From contig NC_068981.1 in NCBI RefSeq assembly GCF_001194135.2, positions 190,613,522-190,677,521 of the forward strand: a stretch of DNA of 64,000 bases, in the 5' to 3' direction. A program made the position numbers and the translations under genes. The first letter of the stretch is position 1, and every line of letters begins with the position of its first letter. Positions 23,571-37,478 of the stretch are shown here, one piece after another. Source of the stretch: Octopus bimaculoides. Taxonomy: Eukaryota. The notes under the pieces were generated by a model, which was not told the DNA's origin, made no database searches, and saw only the letters and a program-made list of their open reading frames with translations.

Positions 23571-24171
23571 CGATTGTTATTTCTAGATTGTCGTCGTTGT
23601 GAATTATTTATCTCGTAACAATATTTCCCTCCTCACCTCTTTCTCTTTCTGTCTCACTTCAGAATTTACTGTTTCTTCTCCCTATACTCAAGCAGTCAGG
23701 AATTTATTGGAATTTATCATCAGTTCACTCTTTATCGAAAATTAATTTACTTACACTTACGTCATTTCGTCATATATTTCTTTATTTCTTTTACTGTATC
23801 TTTTACAACTCCTTCATAACATAACTTCCATTTTTATCATTAAAGCTACCATCTAAGTACAACAATAATATTTGATTTAGTCTCCTTGTAAATAATATCA
23901 TTGTGAATATGAAATCTCTAAACTACCGTTACACTGAAAATATTTTTAACACTTTAAACTTTGTTTTTCTATCCTTCATTTTATTTGAGCTCCATTTATG
24001 ATATCTAAAACACTTCTTCTTCCAGACGATTAAAAAAATTACGTATTCTAAAGTTAAAATTTCAAAATTTCATTGTATATCGTGAGAGTTATCAAACCAG
24101 TAATAAACATGTGCACTGGCACTATTTCACTTCTTTTATTATTGTTACTACTACTACTACTATTATTATTA

Positions 24172-24390
24172 GGAGCGGTGAGCTGTCTGAATCGTTAGCA
24201 CACCGGGCAAAATGCTTAAGGTTATTTTTTGCAGGTTTATGCTCTGATTTCAAATTCCTCCAGGGTTAATTATATCTTTCACCTTTTCGGTGTCGATAAC
24301 ACGAGTAATAGTTGAGGACAGAGGTTCTATGTAATTGACTGGTCTCCTCTCTCCAAATTTGAAGAACTCTGCCCACAACAGAAGGCATTA
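24172..24390 (+). mobile_element. Old family A SINE
   Basis: ggagcggtgagctgtctgaatcgttagcacaccgggc; ttcaccttttcggtgtcgata. Confidence 0.65.
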
Positions 24391-24399
24391 GTATTATTT

Positions 24400-25960
24400 C
24401 TGTTTGTGGTTTTCTCCTTGTAGTAAGTGTTTCTCTGCAAGTCAGGGATTATTAGTTGCTTTGCCTTCGTTCTGACATTATTTGCAAATTTTGTTGGGTA
24501 GTTTTTTTCTCCGAGGAAATATTTTTAGTTCTGTCAGTCGTCTCTTTCGTCTCTTTGAATCTGTAACTATCATAAATTTACGTCTTGCCATATTAAACTG
24601 GTAAGGTATGAACAGTAAGATCTACTCTAAGTATTGATATATGTCCGTACCTTCGTTATCGAGATTGGTTATGATAGTCTCATTTTCTTTAATTACCCGA
24701 ATGTCCAAAAGAGGAGTTTCTCTTTCATTCATCTCCATTGTATATAGGATCTATTTATGACGGTTGTGCACTAATTTAGGGAATCTTTTAGAAGCTTACT
24801 TTCTTCTGTCCCAAAATATGAACCTTTTGCAGGAACCTTTTCCAGTTTTATTTCATATAAGATTAGAAATATTGATCAAAAGAAATCCCAGAGTGGGCAT
24901 AAAATTTTCTTATAGAAAACCCATCACTAGTCTTGCAAATATGGGTATAATTTTCTTATCCATTGCTCTCCCTTTTATTCGAAGGTAATATTGGTTATCA
25001 AAAAAAAAGAAAAAAAAAGAGAAGTTATTTTCTGGCATCAATCGTAATCGTTCTAGTATATATTCTTAAAATTTCTCCAGAAATACGTGTGGATATTTGT
25101 CTACCCAGAATTCCATTGCCTCCAATCCTAATCTATGTGCTGGAGTATTTGTATCGAGGCTGGCTGGTCACGTCGAAACTAAACATAAATGTCTCCAAAG
25201 TTACTCTTTCTGAAAACCAGGGAAGAACACACATCATAGTTTAAATTACTTAATCCTGAAACGGCTTGACTTCATTTTAAATCAGGCAGTTTAGGATTCT
25301 TTACATATGGTGTATGGAGATCTTTAAACTGTTAAAGACTTTTTTGACTTATAGATTTCCAGTAGTCCATAAAAGTTACATGTTTTTACCTCAAAATTCA
25401 TAAAGTAATCCAACTTCGTTTCCGATAAATTGTTTTGAATTTGTTCATTTATTTGCCAATTTTGTTCATTGCTTATCACCAATTGTTTCTAAGTTTTATT
25501 AGAAATACTTGTCATTTACTTGTTCTTGGGCCATTTTCCCCGTAATGGGTCATGTCGTTTGTTATAATAACTCATCATTTGTCAGCTTATTTAATGACTA
25601 CAGAAGAATCTTTCTGTAGACATCCCAATGCTTTTTATTCTTCATTTGCAGCATTTGATTCTATATGGTTTGTTGGAGTGTTTGATGATGTTTTCAGACA
25701 CGTTACATATTCCTCTAAGTGATTATTCCTGTTCATCAAAGACTTAAAGCCCGTTTTGTTTGTTTGTTTTTAACACGTGATGGATTTTGTAATCTGTCTT
25801 TTGGGGAAATCACAGCTGTCAGAGTTTTCTTCAAAATTTCCTGATATCCTTCAAAAGATCTGTTGTATTGGGTAGGAGTGAGTAAATGTGCAAAGTGAAC
25901 GGAGTTTTTCCAAATGTTGGAAACTAAATGGAAATGTGCGTGAAAGGTTTTAACGGTTTA
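24400..25960 (-). mobile_element. Large decayed Penelope-like element (N-terminal region and RT)
   Basis: In order on the minus strand: DLLKDIRKF*RKL, NFYGLLEIYKSKK, MFSFDVTS..DTNTP, GRAMDKKIIPIFARLVMGFL, NWKRFL, PLLDIRVIK, FNMARR. Confidence 0.8.
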
Positions 25961-26099
25961 TTGATATTTTACAGAAAGAGCGATCCGTTTGGTTTCATTC
26001 AAAAGACAAGCTGGAGTTCGTTAGATTCTTGAAGGATTTCTATGAGAAGGCTGGCAGTAATTTATGTCACTGATTTTAAAATTTCTAATCGCCGGAGAA

Positions 26100-26235
26100 T
26101 TTCACTGGTACTTAATTTATTGACCCCGAGAGGATGAAAGGCAAAGTTGAATTTAAACTCAGAACGTATCGCCGGGCGAAATACCGCTAAGCATTTCGCT
26201 GGGCGTGCTAACGGTTCTGCCAGCTCACCGCCTTT
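26100..26235 (-). mobile_element. Family A SINE with internal deletion
   Basis: gcgaaataccgctaagcatttcgctgggcgtgctaacggttctgccagctc. Confidence 0.8.
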
Positions 26236-26484
26236 ACCAACCCAAATAATGCCAAGCGTGTCAAAGACGTTCCTGCATTCATCCAAATCCGTCTCTGGTA
26301 AATTTTATATTAAATTATTATAGCAAGCTTTTTTCAAAATAAGCAATTTAACCATTCAACAAGACTTGTCCTCTCTTCAGAATACAACGAATGGAACCTC
26401 TAATATTCCTTAAATATCCGAGCATTTCAGTCCAACTTAGATGGCAGCACTCAATACTTGAAAACACTTTACATTACATACGTA

Positions 26485-26910
26485 GACGCAGGCGTGGTTG
26501 TGTGGTGAGAAGTTTGCTCCCCAGCCATATGGTTCCGGGTTCAGTCCTACTGCGTGACACTTTGGGCAAGTGTCTTTTACTGTAGCCTCGGGCCGACCAA
26601 AGCTTTGTGAGTGAATTTTATAGATGGAAACTGAAAGAAACCCGTCGCATATGTGCGCGCGCGCGTGAGTGTGCGTGCGTGCGTGGGCGGGTGCGTGCGT
26701 GTACGTGTCTGTGTTTGTCTCCCACTACTGTTTGAGAACCAGTGTTCATGTGTATACGTCCCCGTAACGTAGCGGTTCGGCAAAAGCGACCGATAGAATA
26801 AGTACCACGCTTTAAACAATACGTACTGCGGTCGATGCGTTCGACTAGATTTCTTCAAGGCAGTGCCCCAGCATGACCGCAGTTTAACGATTAAATCAAG
26901 CAACAGACAA
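26485..26910 (+). mobile_element. Full-length family B SINE with internal (GC/GT)n
   Basis: ggttccgggttcagtcc, actttgggcaagtgtc (CORE-like), 3' body. Confidence 0.88.
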
Positions 26911-27029
26911 ATGATATTCCTTCGCAATCGAACTAACAATAGTGGTCGTTCAGCATGCTAGAAATAGCAGCTTAATCTTCCTCAAACCACATATTCAAGG
27001 AAGTGGTTTTGCAGTATAATTAGATCCCC

Positions 27030-27480
27030 GACTTATTATTTAGATCCTGCAAATGCCCTTCATTCTCTGGCAAAGGAACTCAACTTCCTGATCTAAATAG
27101 GTCAATGATTGGTATATAATGCAAAACTTCCTCCTAATATGTGTGAGAAGTGTTGTAAAGCAAAATACGCCCCTGGGAATTAACAGCTGAAATATATTTG
27201 TTTCATTGGGGCTAAGCTCCAATCAAAAGGTTGGGAAATATCATTAATTAATTTCTTGGTTATGGGCAGCATGAACAGATACATTAATGCGTAGATCATT
27301 ATAGTAAAATTGGCTGTTTAGCTGATATGGTTGAGCATCATGGCTTCCGTTAAATATAATTTCAACAAGTGATACTTAGTAATAGCCGAAGATAATAAAT
27401 CTAATTTTAACTTTGCTGATTTAAGCAATTCTGTTAGATCAAACATTTATTCAGCAGAGTTTGGGATAAAACGAAGTTAG
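27030..27480 (-). mobile_element. Possible decayed Gypsy RT remnant
   Basis: LSPNETNIFQLLIPRGVFCFTTL resembles TAF.TP.G.F.F..LP; EVEFLC..MKGI resembles V.FLGH...GI. Confidence 0.3.
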
Positions 27481-27569
27481 AAGATTTACCAGTGCGATAA
27501 ATATCTGTAATTGTTTGATAGATGCAGGAAACAGTGTATTATTTAACGAGGACTGTATTAGCAAAGGAA

Positions 27570-28200
27570 AGCTGCGAACTGGCAGGATTGTTATCACAAA
27601 ATGCCGACCAGCTTTTCTTCATATTCTTTATGCTCCGAGTTCTAATACTTCCGAGGTCAACTTTGCTTTTCATCCCTTCGGGTCCAATAAAATAAAGTAC
27701 CAGTCAACTTACCCCATCTCCTCAAAATAGCTGGCCTTGAACTCCTGTATTTGTCTCCCCACCATCGCTTGACTACCGATGCTGGTGTGTTTACGTCCCC
27801 GTAACTTATCGGTTCGGCAAAAGAGACCGATAGAATAAGTACTAGGCTTACAAAGAATACCTCCTGGGGTCGATTTGTTCGACAAAAGGCGGTGCTCCAG
27901 CATGGCCGCAGTCAAATGACTGAAACAAATAGAAAAAATATAGACAGATAGGTAGATAGATGCACAGACCGATAGATGTGTACGTATGTGTTTCGCATGT
28001 GTCTTTGTGCTTGTGGATGACCTCCATTGCCTGACAACCGGTGTTGGTTTCTTTACATTTCTATAACTTGGCTTAGCAAAAGAAACCAGTAGTAAAAGCA
28101 CCAGATTTTAAAATACCTACCGGAGTCGATTTGTTTGACTAAACTCTACGAGAAAGTGCTCCAGCATGACCGCAGTCCAAGGAATAAAACAAATAAAAAG
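27570..28200 (+). mobile_element. SINE cluster: old family A copy plus two family B 3' halves
   Basis: gaggtcaactttgcttttcatccc; gtgtttacgtccccgtaactt...gactgaaaca, twice. Confidence 0.8.
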
Positions 28201-28809
28201 CTAGAAAGCATAAACTAAAATAACATGGTCCTATCAGTTTTATCAATTCTAATACATTTCTATTCCTTTTAATCAAGACAATTTCATATTTCATCATGCT
28301 TGGCTCCAAGTAGTGGTGGTCACCATCAACATTCAGAATTCCGTGAATACTCAGATGTGATAATATTTACGGAACAATAAACATTTGAAAGGAAATTTTC
28401 ACGCTTCGCTTTACAAAATGTGGTCTTAAATCGTCGTCATTTGATAATTCTGGCAGAAACAGTGTTAATTTTAGTAAACCATTAAATGAAACGAAAATAG
28501 TTTGAGAAAGAAAAATCTATTTATATAAAAAAGGTTATATAATTTATTTGTCTGAAAATGGTGAATAGCATATCTTCTGTAAAAATGAATATATACTGAA
28601 TTTTATTAAAAGGAATTTGATCTTGCAGAGCGTTGGAAATTTTTGACAGAACCGAGTCTGAGAAACCCTATTGTAATTTATTCCAATCTCGAGAGCTTTC
28701 CAAACCCATCGTGACAACAGTACTTCAACTATCTCTTCAATTTCAACAGGAATAATAGCGATTTTACAGATTGAAGCTTATTATTGTGTAGTAGCAAACC
28801 GATAGTTGA

Positions 28810-29340
28810 ATGGCACTCCGTCGGTTACGATGACGAAGGTTCCAGATGATCCAATCAACGGTTGTGAAATTAACGTTCAAGTAGCTGAGCACTCCGCAGA
28901 CACGTGAGCGAGCTTGCAGAAACGTTAGCACGCCGGGCGAAATGCTTAGCCGTGTTTCGTCTGCTGCTACGTTCTCATTTCAAATTCCGCCGAGTTCGAC
29001 TTTGCCTTTCATCCTTTCGGGGTCGATAAATTAAGTACCTGTTACGCATTGGGGTCGATGTAATCGACTTAATCCCTTTGTCTGTCCTTGTTTGTCCCCT
29101 CTATGTTTAGCCCCTTGTGGGCAATAAAGAAATAAGACACGCGAACCTTTAACTCAGTTCTCAGGGAGATTGAGTGTAACACACAATGTGACAAGGATGT
29201 GCCTTTGAATTATAGGTACAATTCATTTTTGCCAGCTGAATGGACTGGAGCAACATGAAATAAAGTGCCTCCAGGAATCGAACTCATGACCTTGCGACCG
29301 TGAGCCAAATGCCCTAACCACTAAGCCATGCACCTTCACA
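28810..29340 (-). mobile_element. SINE Y head + Q tail, split by a nested family A insertion
   Basis: Q tail 28810-28904; remainder and Y head 29135-29340. Confidence 0.88.
28905..29134 (+). mobile_element. Full-length family A SINE nested in the Y+Q SINE, 7-bp TSD
   Basis: agacacg at 28898-28904 and 29135-29141; host sequence rejoins across it. Confidence 0.92.
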
Positions 29341-29815
29341 ATAATAAATACAATTAGATGACATAACTCAAAGAGTATGTATCTCCAAAAGTTACCAAAT
29401 CTCTACACGTTGTATAGCTTCCATTTTTGTGCAAATCCCTCTCAACACCATTGAAGTTCATCCAAGGTCGCCAGGTTGGGCCAATACGGTTTAGCACCAG
29501 TGTCGTAGCAGGAATTGGTAGCAGAATGCAATTAGCCGAATCAGATACTACAAACTATCAATACTGGCCATGTAACACTTCCTTCTGCCTGTCCACCACC
29601 CTAAACAGGTACTTTTTCATTTTTATCGGTCTCGAAATGATGAAAGGCAAATTTGAACTGGGCGGGAATTGAACTCAAATACTGTCATGCAGTTCTCTGG
29701 TTTGCTTCAACGACTCTACCAGTTTGCCTCCTTTGTTCAAATATGCCCTTTTTCCAAAGAAAAGAAAAACATTCGGATTTAGTTTGAGGGATATCTATCT
29801 ATTATTTCTAGTATA

Positions 29816-30212
29816 GGCGCAGAAGTGGTTGTGTGGTAAGTAGCATGCTTACCAACCACATGGTTCCGGGTTCAGTCCCACTACGTGGCATCTTCTACTA
29901 TATCCTCGGGCCGACCAAAGCCTTGTGAGTGGATTTGGTAGACGGAAACTGGAAGAAGCCTGTCAAATATATGTATATATGTATGTGTGTATGTGTGTAT
30001 ATATGTTTGTGTGTTTGTCCCTCCAACATCGCTTGACAAGCGATGCTGTTGTGTTTACGTCCCCGTAACTTAGCGGTTCAGCAAAATAGACTGATAGGAT
30101 AAGTACTAGGCTTCCAAGAATAATTCCTGGGGTCGACTTGCTCGACTAAAAAAGGCGGTGCTCCAGCATGGCCGCAGTCAAATGACTGAAACAAGTAAAA
30201 GAGTAAAAGAGT
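29816..30212 (+). mobile_element. Full-length family B SINE
   Basis: ggcgcagaagtggttgtgtggtaag head, (TG/TA)n middle, tail acaagtaaaagagtaaaagag. Confidence 0.92.
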
Positions 30213-30934
30213 ACGTTGATCGACAACATTGTAACATCGTTATCTCTCTCTTTTACTTTCTTTCTCTCTCTCTCTTTTCTCTCCCTCTCTCTCTCTCTCT
30301 CTTTTCTCTCCCTCTCTCTCTCTCTCTCTCTCTTTCTGTGCTTAATGATAATTCTAGGTATTGAGTACTACCACGTAAATTGGATTGAGGCGTTTGGATA
30401 TTTTAGGAATACTCTTTACAAATAGAATTTCCATTTTCTCTATTCTGAAGACAGGATGGGTCTTTGCTGAACGCTTCAACGCTTTCTTTGAAAGGCTTGC
30501 CAGAATAATTAAATTCGGGAAATTATCACCGTTGAAGTGTAGGAATGTCTTTGAGAGAAGCTTGGCATTATTGGGATTGCTAATTTATTCATTTTCATCG
30601 AAGAACATTCTGTTAATCCATTAACCAAATTTAGATTTGAAATATTTGTGTTTTGTTTTACTTTATCTATTTATTATTATTATTGTTGTTGTTGTTGTTC
30701 GGTTGCGCTGCTGCACATTTTACTTTTATGTTTTCCCTTATTCGGAAAACTAAGGGTTGTTTATCAATGTATTCATGTCTGTGCGCGTGTGTGTGTGTGT
30801 TTGCATGCGTTTGTTAGGGCTCTTTAGCTGCTATTTCTAGCATATTGACCAACCGCATTGTGGCATCGTTGTTGGTTCGAATGTGAACTCATGTGTGTCG
30901 ATCTCTCACTCCCTCTTTCACACACACACACACA

Positions 30935-30978
<44 letters not shown>

Positions 30979-31112
30979 CACGCACGTACGCACCACTAAG
31001 CACGCACACACTAAGCACACGCATATTTGGTAGAAGTAATTAAGTGACTCAAGAATCCAGAGTTTCGCGCATAGTACTTATCGCTTGCTCAGTACTGACG
31101 TATACTTATGTC

Positions 31113-31475
31113 ATTATTACTTCCGCCTTAGCGAAAGCGAAGGTATTGTTTCAGTAGCGTTTGCTTGCTTGTTTGTATGTTTATCCGTGGACAAGATATC
31201 TCAAGAACCGTTGGATTGATTCGGATGAAACTTTCAGGGATGTTTGGCCTCGTGACTGGGACGAACTAATTAGATTTAAGGATCGATCTGGTATCGGACA
31301 AGGATTCTGGATTATTTTTCCTGTTTTTTTTTTTGCATAATTTTTGAGAGCGGTCGAGTTCATTTTTAGTATTCTCGTTTGTGAGGGCAGTCGAGTTTAT
31401 TTCAGATATTCTCATTTTAAAAATCATCTTTGGCTAATTGCCGAGAGGACGTTAGTGTTGCGCTCTCTGAGTGCT
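31113..31475 (+). mobile_element. Non-autonomous element with DINE-1/HINE-like (or CryptonV-like) layout
   Basis: ttattacttccgccttagcgaaagcgaaggtattgttt start, (gttt/gctt)n tract, gatatctcaagaacc...gatgaaacttt, end tgcgctctctgagtgcttt. Confidence 0.45.
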
Positions 31476-31499
31476 TTTTTTGTTTTATGTTCAGTTTAA

Positions 31500-31680
31500 A
31501 TAGTTTCACATTTCGACATAAAGCCAGCAAGTTCAACGGAGGGGCTATGTCATTTTCCTCGACCTTCGTGTTCCCAAAAGGATGAAAAGCCAAATCGACC
31601 TCGGTAGAATTCGAACTCAGAACGTAAGATACGACGGAACGCTGTTAAGCAGTTTTGCCGGCGTGCTAACAATTCCACCA
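31500..31680 (-). mobile_element. Old family A SINE
   Basis: ggatgaaaagccaaatcgacctcggtagaattcgaactcagaacg. Confidence 0.7.
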
Positions 31681-31830
31681 TGTTCAGTTATAACAAAAAC
31701 GATATTACATTAATCTGACGGGTTACTCTATACTTTTGTACAGAACAAATTTAATATTCTTGCTTAGAATGACAAATACATATTCATGAATGGAGTTTTA
31801 TTTAACCTGTTTGATCTATCAATGTTGTCT

Positions 31831-31868
<38 letters not shown>

Positions 31869-31945
31869 GTACAAGATCTGATCAAAAAGTATCCGGACTG
31901 TTGCCATAGGAACGAACTCAGAACCCTATGGCTTCGAAGCAAGTT
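31869..31945 (+). mobile_element. Isolated mariner terminal fragment
   Basis: tacaagatctgatcaaaaagtatccggactgttgccatag matches the TIR of 32015-33227. Confidence 0.7.
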
Positions 31946-32014
31946 TCGTAAGCTCTAACATTCATCCATCCATCCATCCAGCAATCATTACATACATACA
32001 TGCATACATACATA

Positions 32015-33227
32015 CGGGGTATGATCAATAAATATCCGGACTATAGCCATAGAAACGAAGTTATAGCACATAGAGTGAAGCCGCTTGGCACAGATTTACC
32101 TTGAACTCTAATCGACTGTGCATGTGCTCTAAGTTTTAACTTCTAGCTCACTTCTGCTGTTTACAGCAGTACTTGGAAGGAACATGTGTAGAATGTGATC
32201 GTTGCATTGACCATGACAGAGAAAGTTGTTATGGTGATATCTGCAGATATCGCAAAGTTGCAGAAAGTGTATGGAGAGGAGTGTACGAATGGTTCAGACG
32301 TTTCCAGGATGGCCGAAAAAATATCGATATTGACGAACGTTCTGGGAGACCGCAACCAGCAGAACTGATAAAAATATCGAAGATGTTCGTGCAGCTGTGA
32401 GGGTAAATCGCCGAATCACCAAATCACCATCCGTGAATTATCAGAAGATGTGCAGATTAGTTACGGGTCAGTTCAGTTCATCATCACTGAAGTTTTGGGC
32501 ATGAGATGCATGTCTGCAAAATTTGTGCCAAAATTGCTTTCAGCTGACCAAAAAGACACTCGGGTTTCAGCTGCACAAGACCTCTTTGATTGGGTAGAGA
32601 ACGATTGGTAGAAAATTCTTGATTGGTAGAAAATTCTTGATTGGTAGAAAATTGTTTGAAAGTCTGCGTAGGCCTCAGCAGGTATTGCCAAACTTTTGGC
32701 AAAATTTGATGCAGATTCTCTGCTCAAAATTTGATGCATATTCTCTGCTCAACTTTCTCTGTCGTTGTCAATGCGACAATCACATGCTACATACCTTTCT
32801 TATTTCTTTATTGCCCACAAGGGGCTAAACATAGAGTGGACATACAAGGACATACAAAGGGATTAAGTCGATTATATCGACCCCAGTGCGTAACTGGTAC
32901 TTAATTTATCGACCCCTAAAGGATGAAAGGCAAAGTCGGCCTCGGCGGAATTTGAACTCAGAACGTTACGTCAGACGAAATACAGCTAAGCATTTTGCCC
33001 GGCGTGCTAACGTTTCTGCCAGCTCGTCGCCTTTCTTCCAAGCACTGTGCCAACTGCACACCTTTCTTCCAAGCACTGCTGTAAACAGCTGAAGTGAGCT
33101 AGAACGTTAAAGCTTAGTGCGCAAGCAAAGCAAGAGTTTAATGTCTATCTGTGTCAAGCGGCTTCACTTCCCGTGTTTTAACTTCGTTACTATGGCAACA
33201 GTCCGGATACCTATTGATCAGACCACG
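32015..33227 (+). mobile_element. Non-autonomous mariner derivative: long left end joined to an inverted short left end; contains a SINE
   Basis: TA flanks and TIRs; HTH-coding region (VYEWFRRFQDGRKNIDIDERSGRP, SAKFVPKLL) then the reverse complement of the 5' region. Confidence 0.88.
32802..33029 (-). mobile_element. Family A SINE nested in the mariner derivative, 8-bp TSD
   Basis: cctttctt at 32794-32801 and 33030-33037. Confidence 0.9.
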
Positions 33228-33579
33228 TACATACATTCATGTGTGTGGGAGGGGTGAGTATATGTGTGCGCGTGTGTATTGTCTGTACATGCATACATAC
33301 GTACATACATGCATACAAGCTTGCATTTAAGTAATGGATCTCCATTGACTTCGACAAGTACCCAGTTGTTCGACCAACTGAACCACTTATTGATCCGGTT
33401 AGCACGCACATGTCCAAATGTACGTGTGCCCTTAATGTAATCTGTTGGCAGAATCAGCGACAAAACACACGACAAAATTAAACCTTGGAATTGCAGGTAT
33501 GATCCATCTGCAAAATTTTCACTTACCAGGTTCACTCAGAATGATTGGGTCTGCCCAAAAGTATATTGGTTTCAAATTT

Positions 33580-33780
33580 CGGCACAAGGCCAGAAATTTA
33601 TGTGAAAGAGGTAAGTCGATTACATCACCCCACTCCTACCCCATTCCAGTGCTCAGCTGGAACTTTTTTCATCGACCCCGAAAGGATAAAAGGCAAAGCC
33701 GGCCTCGGCGGAATTTGAACTCAGAACGTAAAGACGGACTAAATGTCGCTAAGCATTTTGTCCGGTGCGATAACGATTCA
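33580..33780 (-). mobile_element. Family A SINE
   Basis: ggataaaaggcaaagccggcctcggcggaatttgaactcagaacg. Confidence 0.8.
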
Positions 33781-34653
33781 GCATATAAAGTGAACTTCTG
33801 ATCCTTAGACAAATGGACAACAGACATAAAAAGTTGATGTTTTGGGTTCGTGGTGAAAAGAAAAATTATTAAAGAAAAAGTGACATTTTGGACTGCTTTG
33901 TCTTTTAGCGGAAAATGAAGAGAAAAAAGCCGGGTGAAAGAGGAAATGGAAAAAGAGATTCAAATGCGTGTGTAAATATCAAATGTCAGCCATATTGGAG
34001 ACTGAAGCGGAAGCCGGAAGAGAACGAAAGCGGTTTTACATTAAAGAGAGTGAAAGTAAAGGGAGATAAAATGCGAAAGCGTGTTTCTATATGTGTATGC
34101 TGTTGCATGTGTGTGTGTGGACGCATGGATATAAGTGTGTTTTAATATGTGAGTATGTTGTGTATTGTTGGTGCATTATGTGTGGGTGTGGCGAGTATTT
34201 CTTCATGTTTGTGCGTGGGTAGGGTGTATGTGTGAATGTGTTTTGTGCGTAGGTAGGTTGTATGCATATGTGTTTAGCCTGCTTATATGTAGATGTTCGA
34301 TCGTGTGTGATATGTTCGTGGAAGCTGTGTGAGTGTGTGTTTATTGTTTGTTGAATTATGGGGTTCACTATGACCGTGGATTTGGTCATGGTGAATATGT
34401 CAATTTGAGAATGCATGTGGTTACAGAAAACTGAATTGATAATTGTACGTGTATGTCTTTAATATGATATTGAGTTTTCTTATTGCGTTGTGCTTGTATT
34501 TAGGATACAGACTGAAAGTTAACTTGTTAACTAAACCCTTATTGTTAAGAGATTCCTAGAAGGAAGATGAGTTCCACTTTTCGTAGGAGACAGGAGATCC
34601 GAGATCCATTATATATGGCAATACCGAAAAAAGACTACTATTTGCGAACTTAC

Positions 34654-34789
34654 CATACCAAGTCGTGTGGTCAGCTGAGTAGAAATAAAATTTGACATAT
34701 TATCCATTATCAATTTGAATGTCTCTAAGACGAATTTGTTGACTAATCTCGTGACAGGGACAAGGAAATAATACGGAAACGATATACAT
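34654..34789 (-). other. Candidate 136-nt internal exon of an unidentified transcript
   Basis: Acceptor ttttccttttctctttttattcctacag| and donor atg|gtaagt; one open frame CISFPYY...MDNMSNFISTQLTTRLGM; no recognisable homology. Confidence 0.3.
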
Positions 34790-35509
34790 CTGTAGGAATA
34801 AAAAGAGAAAAGGAAAAGTTGACAAGTTGTATCTACGTACACATAAAGCAATTAACGTAAAGAAATATAAGAAGCAATTACATTACAGACAAGGGTGTAA
34901 ACAAACACGATATATATANNNNNNNNNNNNNNNNNNNNNNNNNNNNNNNNNNNNNNNNNNNNNNNNNNNNNNNNNNNNNNNNNNNNNNNNNNNNNNNNNN
35001 NNNNNNNNNNNNNNNNNNNNNNNNNNNNNNNNNNNNNNNNNNNNNNNNNNNNNNNNNNNNNNNNNNNNNNNNNNNNNNNNNNNNNNNNNNNNNNNNNNNN
35101 NNNNNNNNNNNNNNNNNNNNNNNNNNNNNNNNNNNNNNNNNNNNNNNNNNNNNNNNNNNNNNNNNNNNNNNNNNNNNNNNNNNNNNNNNNNNNNNNNNNN
35201 NNNNNNNNNNNNNNNNNNNNNNNNNNNNNNNNNNNNNNNNNNNNNNNNNNNNNNNNNNNNNNNNNNNNNNNNNNNNNNNNNNNNNNNNNNNNNNNNNNNN
35301 NNNNNNNNNNNNNNNNNNNNNNNNNNNNNNNNNNNNNNNNNNTATACACATATATATACGCACGCACACACAATATGGTGAATATACAGTGTTTTGCACG
35401 TTTATACATTTTTCTTATTTGTGTCTATATACCCACTTTTAAGCTCACACGAAGAATATTCTCTAACATGACCTAAATCATTAGAGTCTAACACACATGC
35501 ACAATGTTT

Positions 35510-35551
<42 letters not shown>

Positions 35552-35862
35552 TATACACTCTGCAATGACACACAGCGAAGGCACGAAATTTCCAGACTCC
35601 ATGACTATATTTTCCTTGATGAGCCGAACTTTCTGCACATATTAGTATAAATAGTGATGTTGAAAGACAACCAAAGCTGTGTTCGTGCCTGTCGTCAGAA
35701 AGTAACCATTTAACCGTTCATACAATTACACACAAAATTTTATGCATTACTTCATCTGTCTTTACGTATGCATGCATGTATGTACGTATGTGTGTGTGTT
35801 CATACATGCATGCATACATACATACGTACATACATACATACATACATACATGCATACACACA

Positions 35863-35894
<32 letters not shown>

Positions 35895-35895
<1 letters not shown>

Positions 35896-37412
35896 CTTTT
35901 GTCTTTTACTTGTTTCAGACATTAGTCAGCGACCATGCGGGAGCATCGCCTTGAAGAACATTTAGTCGAATGAATCGCCCCAGTACTTATTCTATTAGAG
36001 TCTTCTGCCGAACCGCTAGGTTACAGGAATGTCAAGTGATGTGTGTGTGGCGGGCTTCATTCAGTTTCCGTCAACCAAATGCACGCATTGTTCTGCCCGA
36101 GGCTATACTGCCACGCTGTGGGGTTCAACCCAGAATCATATGGGTCCGAAGCAAACTTCTTACCACACCCCCACGGTTGCGACTATATATACATATATTT
36201 ATATANNNNNNNNNNNNNNNNNNNNNNNNNNNNNNNNNNNNNNNNNNNNNNNNNNNNNNNNNNNNNNNNNNNNNNNNNNNNNNNNNNNNNNNNNNNNNNN
36301 NNNNNNNNNNNNNNNNNNNNNNNNNNNNNNNNNNNNNNNNNNNNNNNNNNNNNNNNNNNNNNNNNNNNNNNNNNNNNNNNNNNNNNNNNNNNNNNNNNNN
36401 NNNNNNNNNNNNNNNNNNNNNNNNNNNNNNNNNNNNNNNNNNNNNNNNNNNNNNNNNNNNNNNNNNNNNNNNNNNNNNNNNNNNNNNNNNNNNNNNNNNN
36501 NNNNNNNNNNNNNNNNNNNNNNNNNNNNNNNNNNNNNNNNNNNNNNNNNNNNNNNNNNNNNNNNNNNNNNNNNNNNNNNNNNNNNNNNNNNNNNNNNNNN
36601 NNNNNNNNNNNNNNNNNNNNNNNNNNNNNNNNNNNNNNNNNNNNNNNNNNNNNNNNNNNNNNNNNNNNNNNNNNNNNNNNNNNNNNNNNNNNNNNNNNNN
36701 NNNNNNNNNNNNNNNNNNNNNNNNNNNNNNNNNNNNNNNNNNNNNNNNNNNNNNNNNNNNNNNNNNNNNNNNNNNNNNNNNNNNNNNNNNNNNNNNNNNN
36801 NNNNNNNNNNNNNNNNNNNNNNNNNNNNNNNNNNNNNNNNNNNNNNNNNNNNNNNNNNNNNNNNNNNNNNNNNNNNNNNNNNNNNNNNNNNNNNNNNNNN
36901 NNNNNNNNNNNNNNNNNNNNNNNNNNNNNNNNNNNNNNNNNNNNNNNNNNNNNNNNNNNNNNNNNNNNNNNNNNNNNNNNNNNNNNNNNNNNNNNNNNNN
37001 NNNNNNNNNNNNNNNNNNNNNNNNNNNNNNNNNNNNNNNNNNNNNNNNNNNNNNNNNNNNNNNNNNNNNNNNNNNNNNNNNNNNNNNNNNNNNNNNNNNN
37101 NNNNNNNNNNNNNNNNNNNNNNNNNNNNNNNNNNNNNNNNNNNNNNNNNNNNNNNNNNNNNNNNNNNNNNNNNNNNNNNNNATATATATGCATATATATA
37201 TATATATATATATTACATTTTATCTTTATCTTGTTTCGGTCATTAGCCTGCGGCTATTCTGGAACACCGCCTAGAATTTTTAGTCGAATGAATCGACCCC
37301 ACTACCTCTTTTCTACCAAAACCACTCACAAGGCTTTGGTCGGCCCGAGGCTATAGTAGAAGACACTTGGCCATGGTTCCATGCAGTGGGATTGAACCCG
37401 GAACCATGTGGT
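35895..37412 (-). mobile_element. Two family B SINE copies on either side of a (TA)n-flanked gap
   Basis: 35895-36180 and 37220-37412 match the family B reverse complement. Confidence 0.75.
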
Positions 37413-37415
37413 TGA

Positions 37416-37478
37416 AGTCTCGTAGCTTGTGGAACATCATCCCATGATCAACCTTATCAAAGGCCTTCGCAAAATTGA
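37416..37478 (-). mobile_element. 63-bp reverse-transcriptase snippet of CR1/Jockey type
   Basis: LNFAKAFDKVDHGMMFHKLRD matches the DF.KAFD.V.H..L..KL RT motif. Confidence 0.7.
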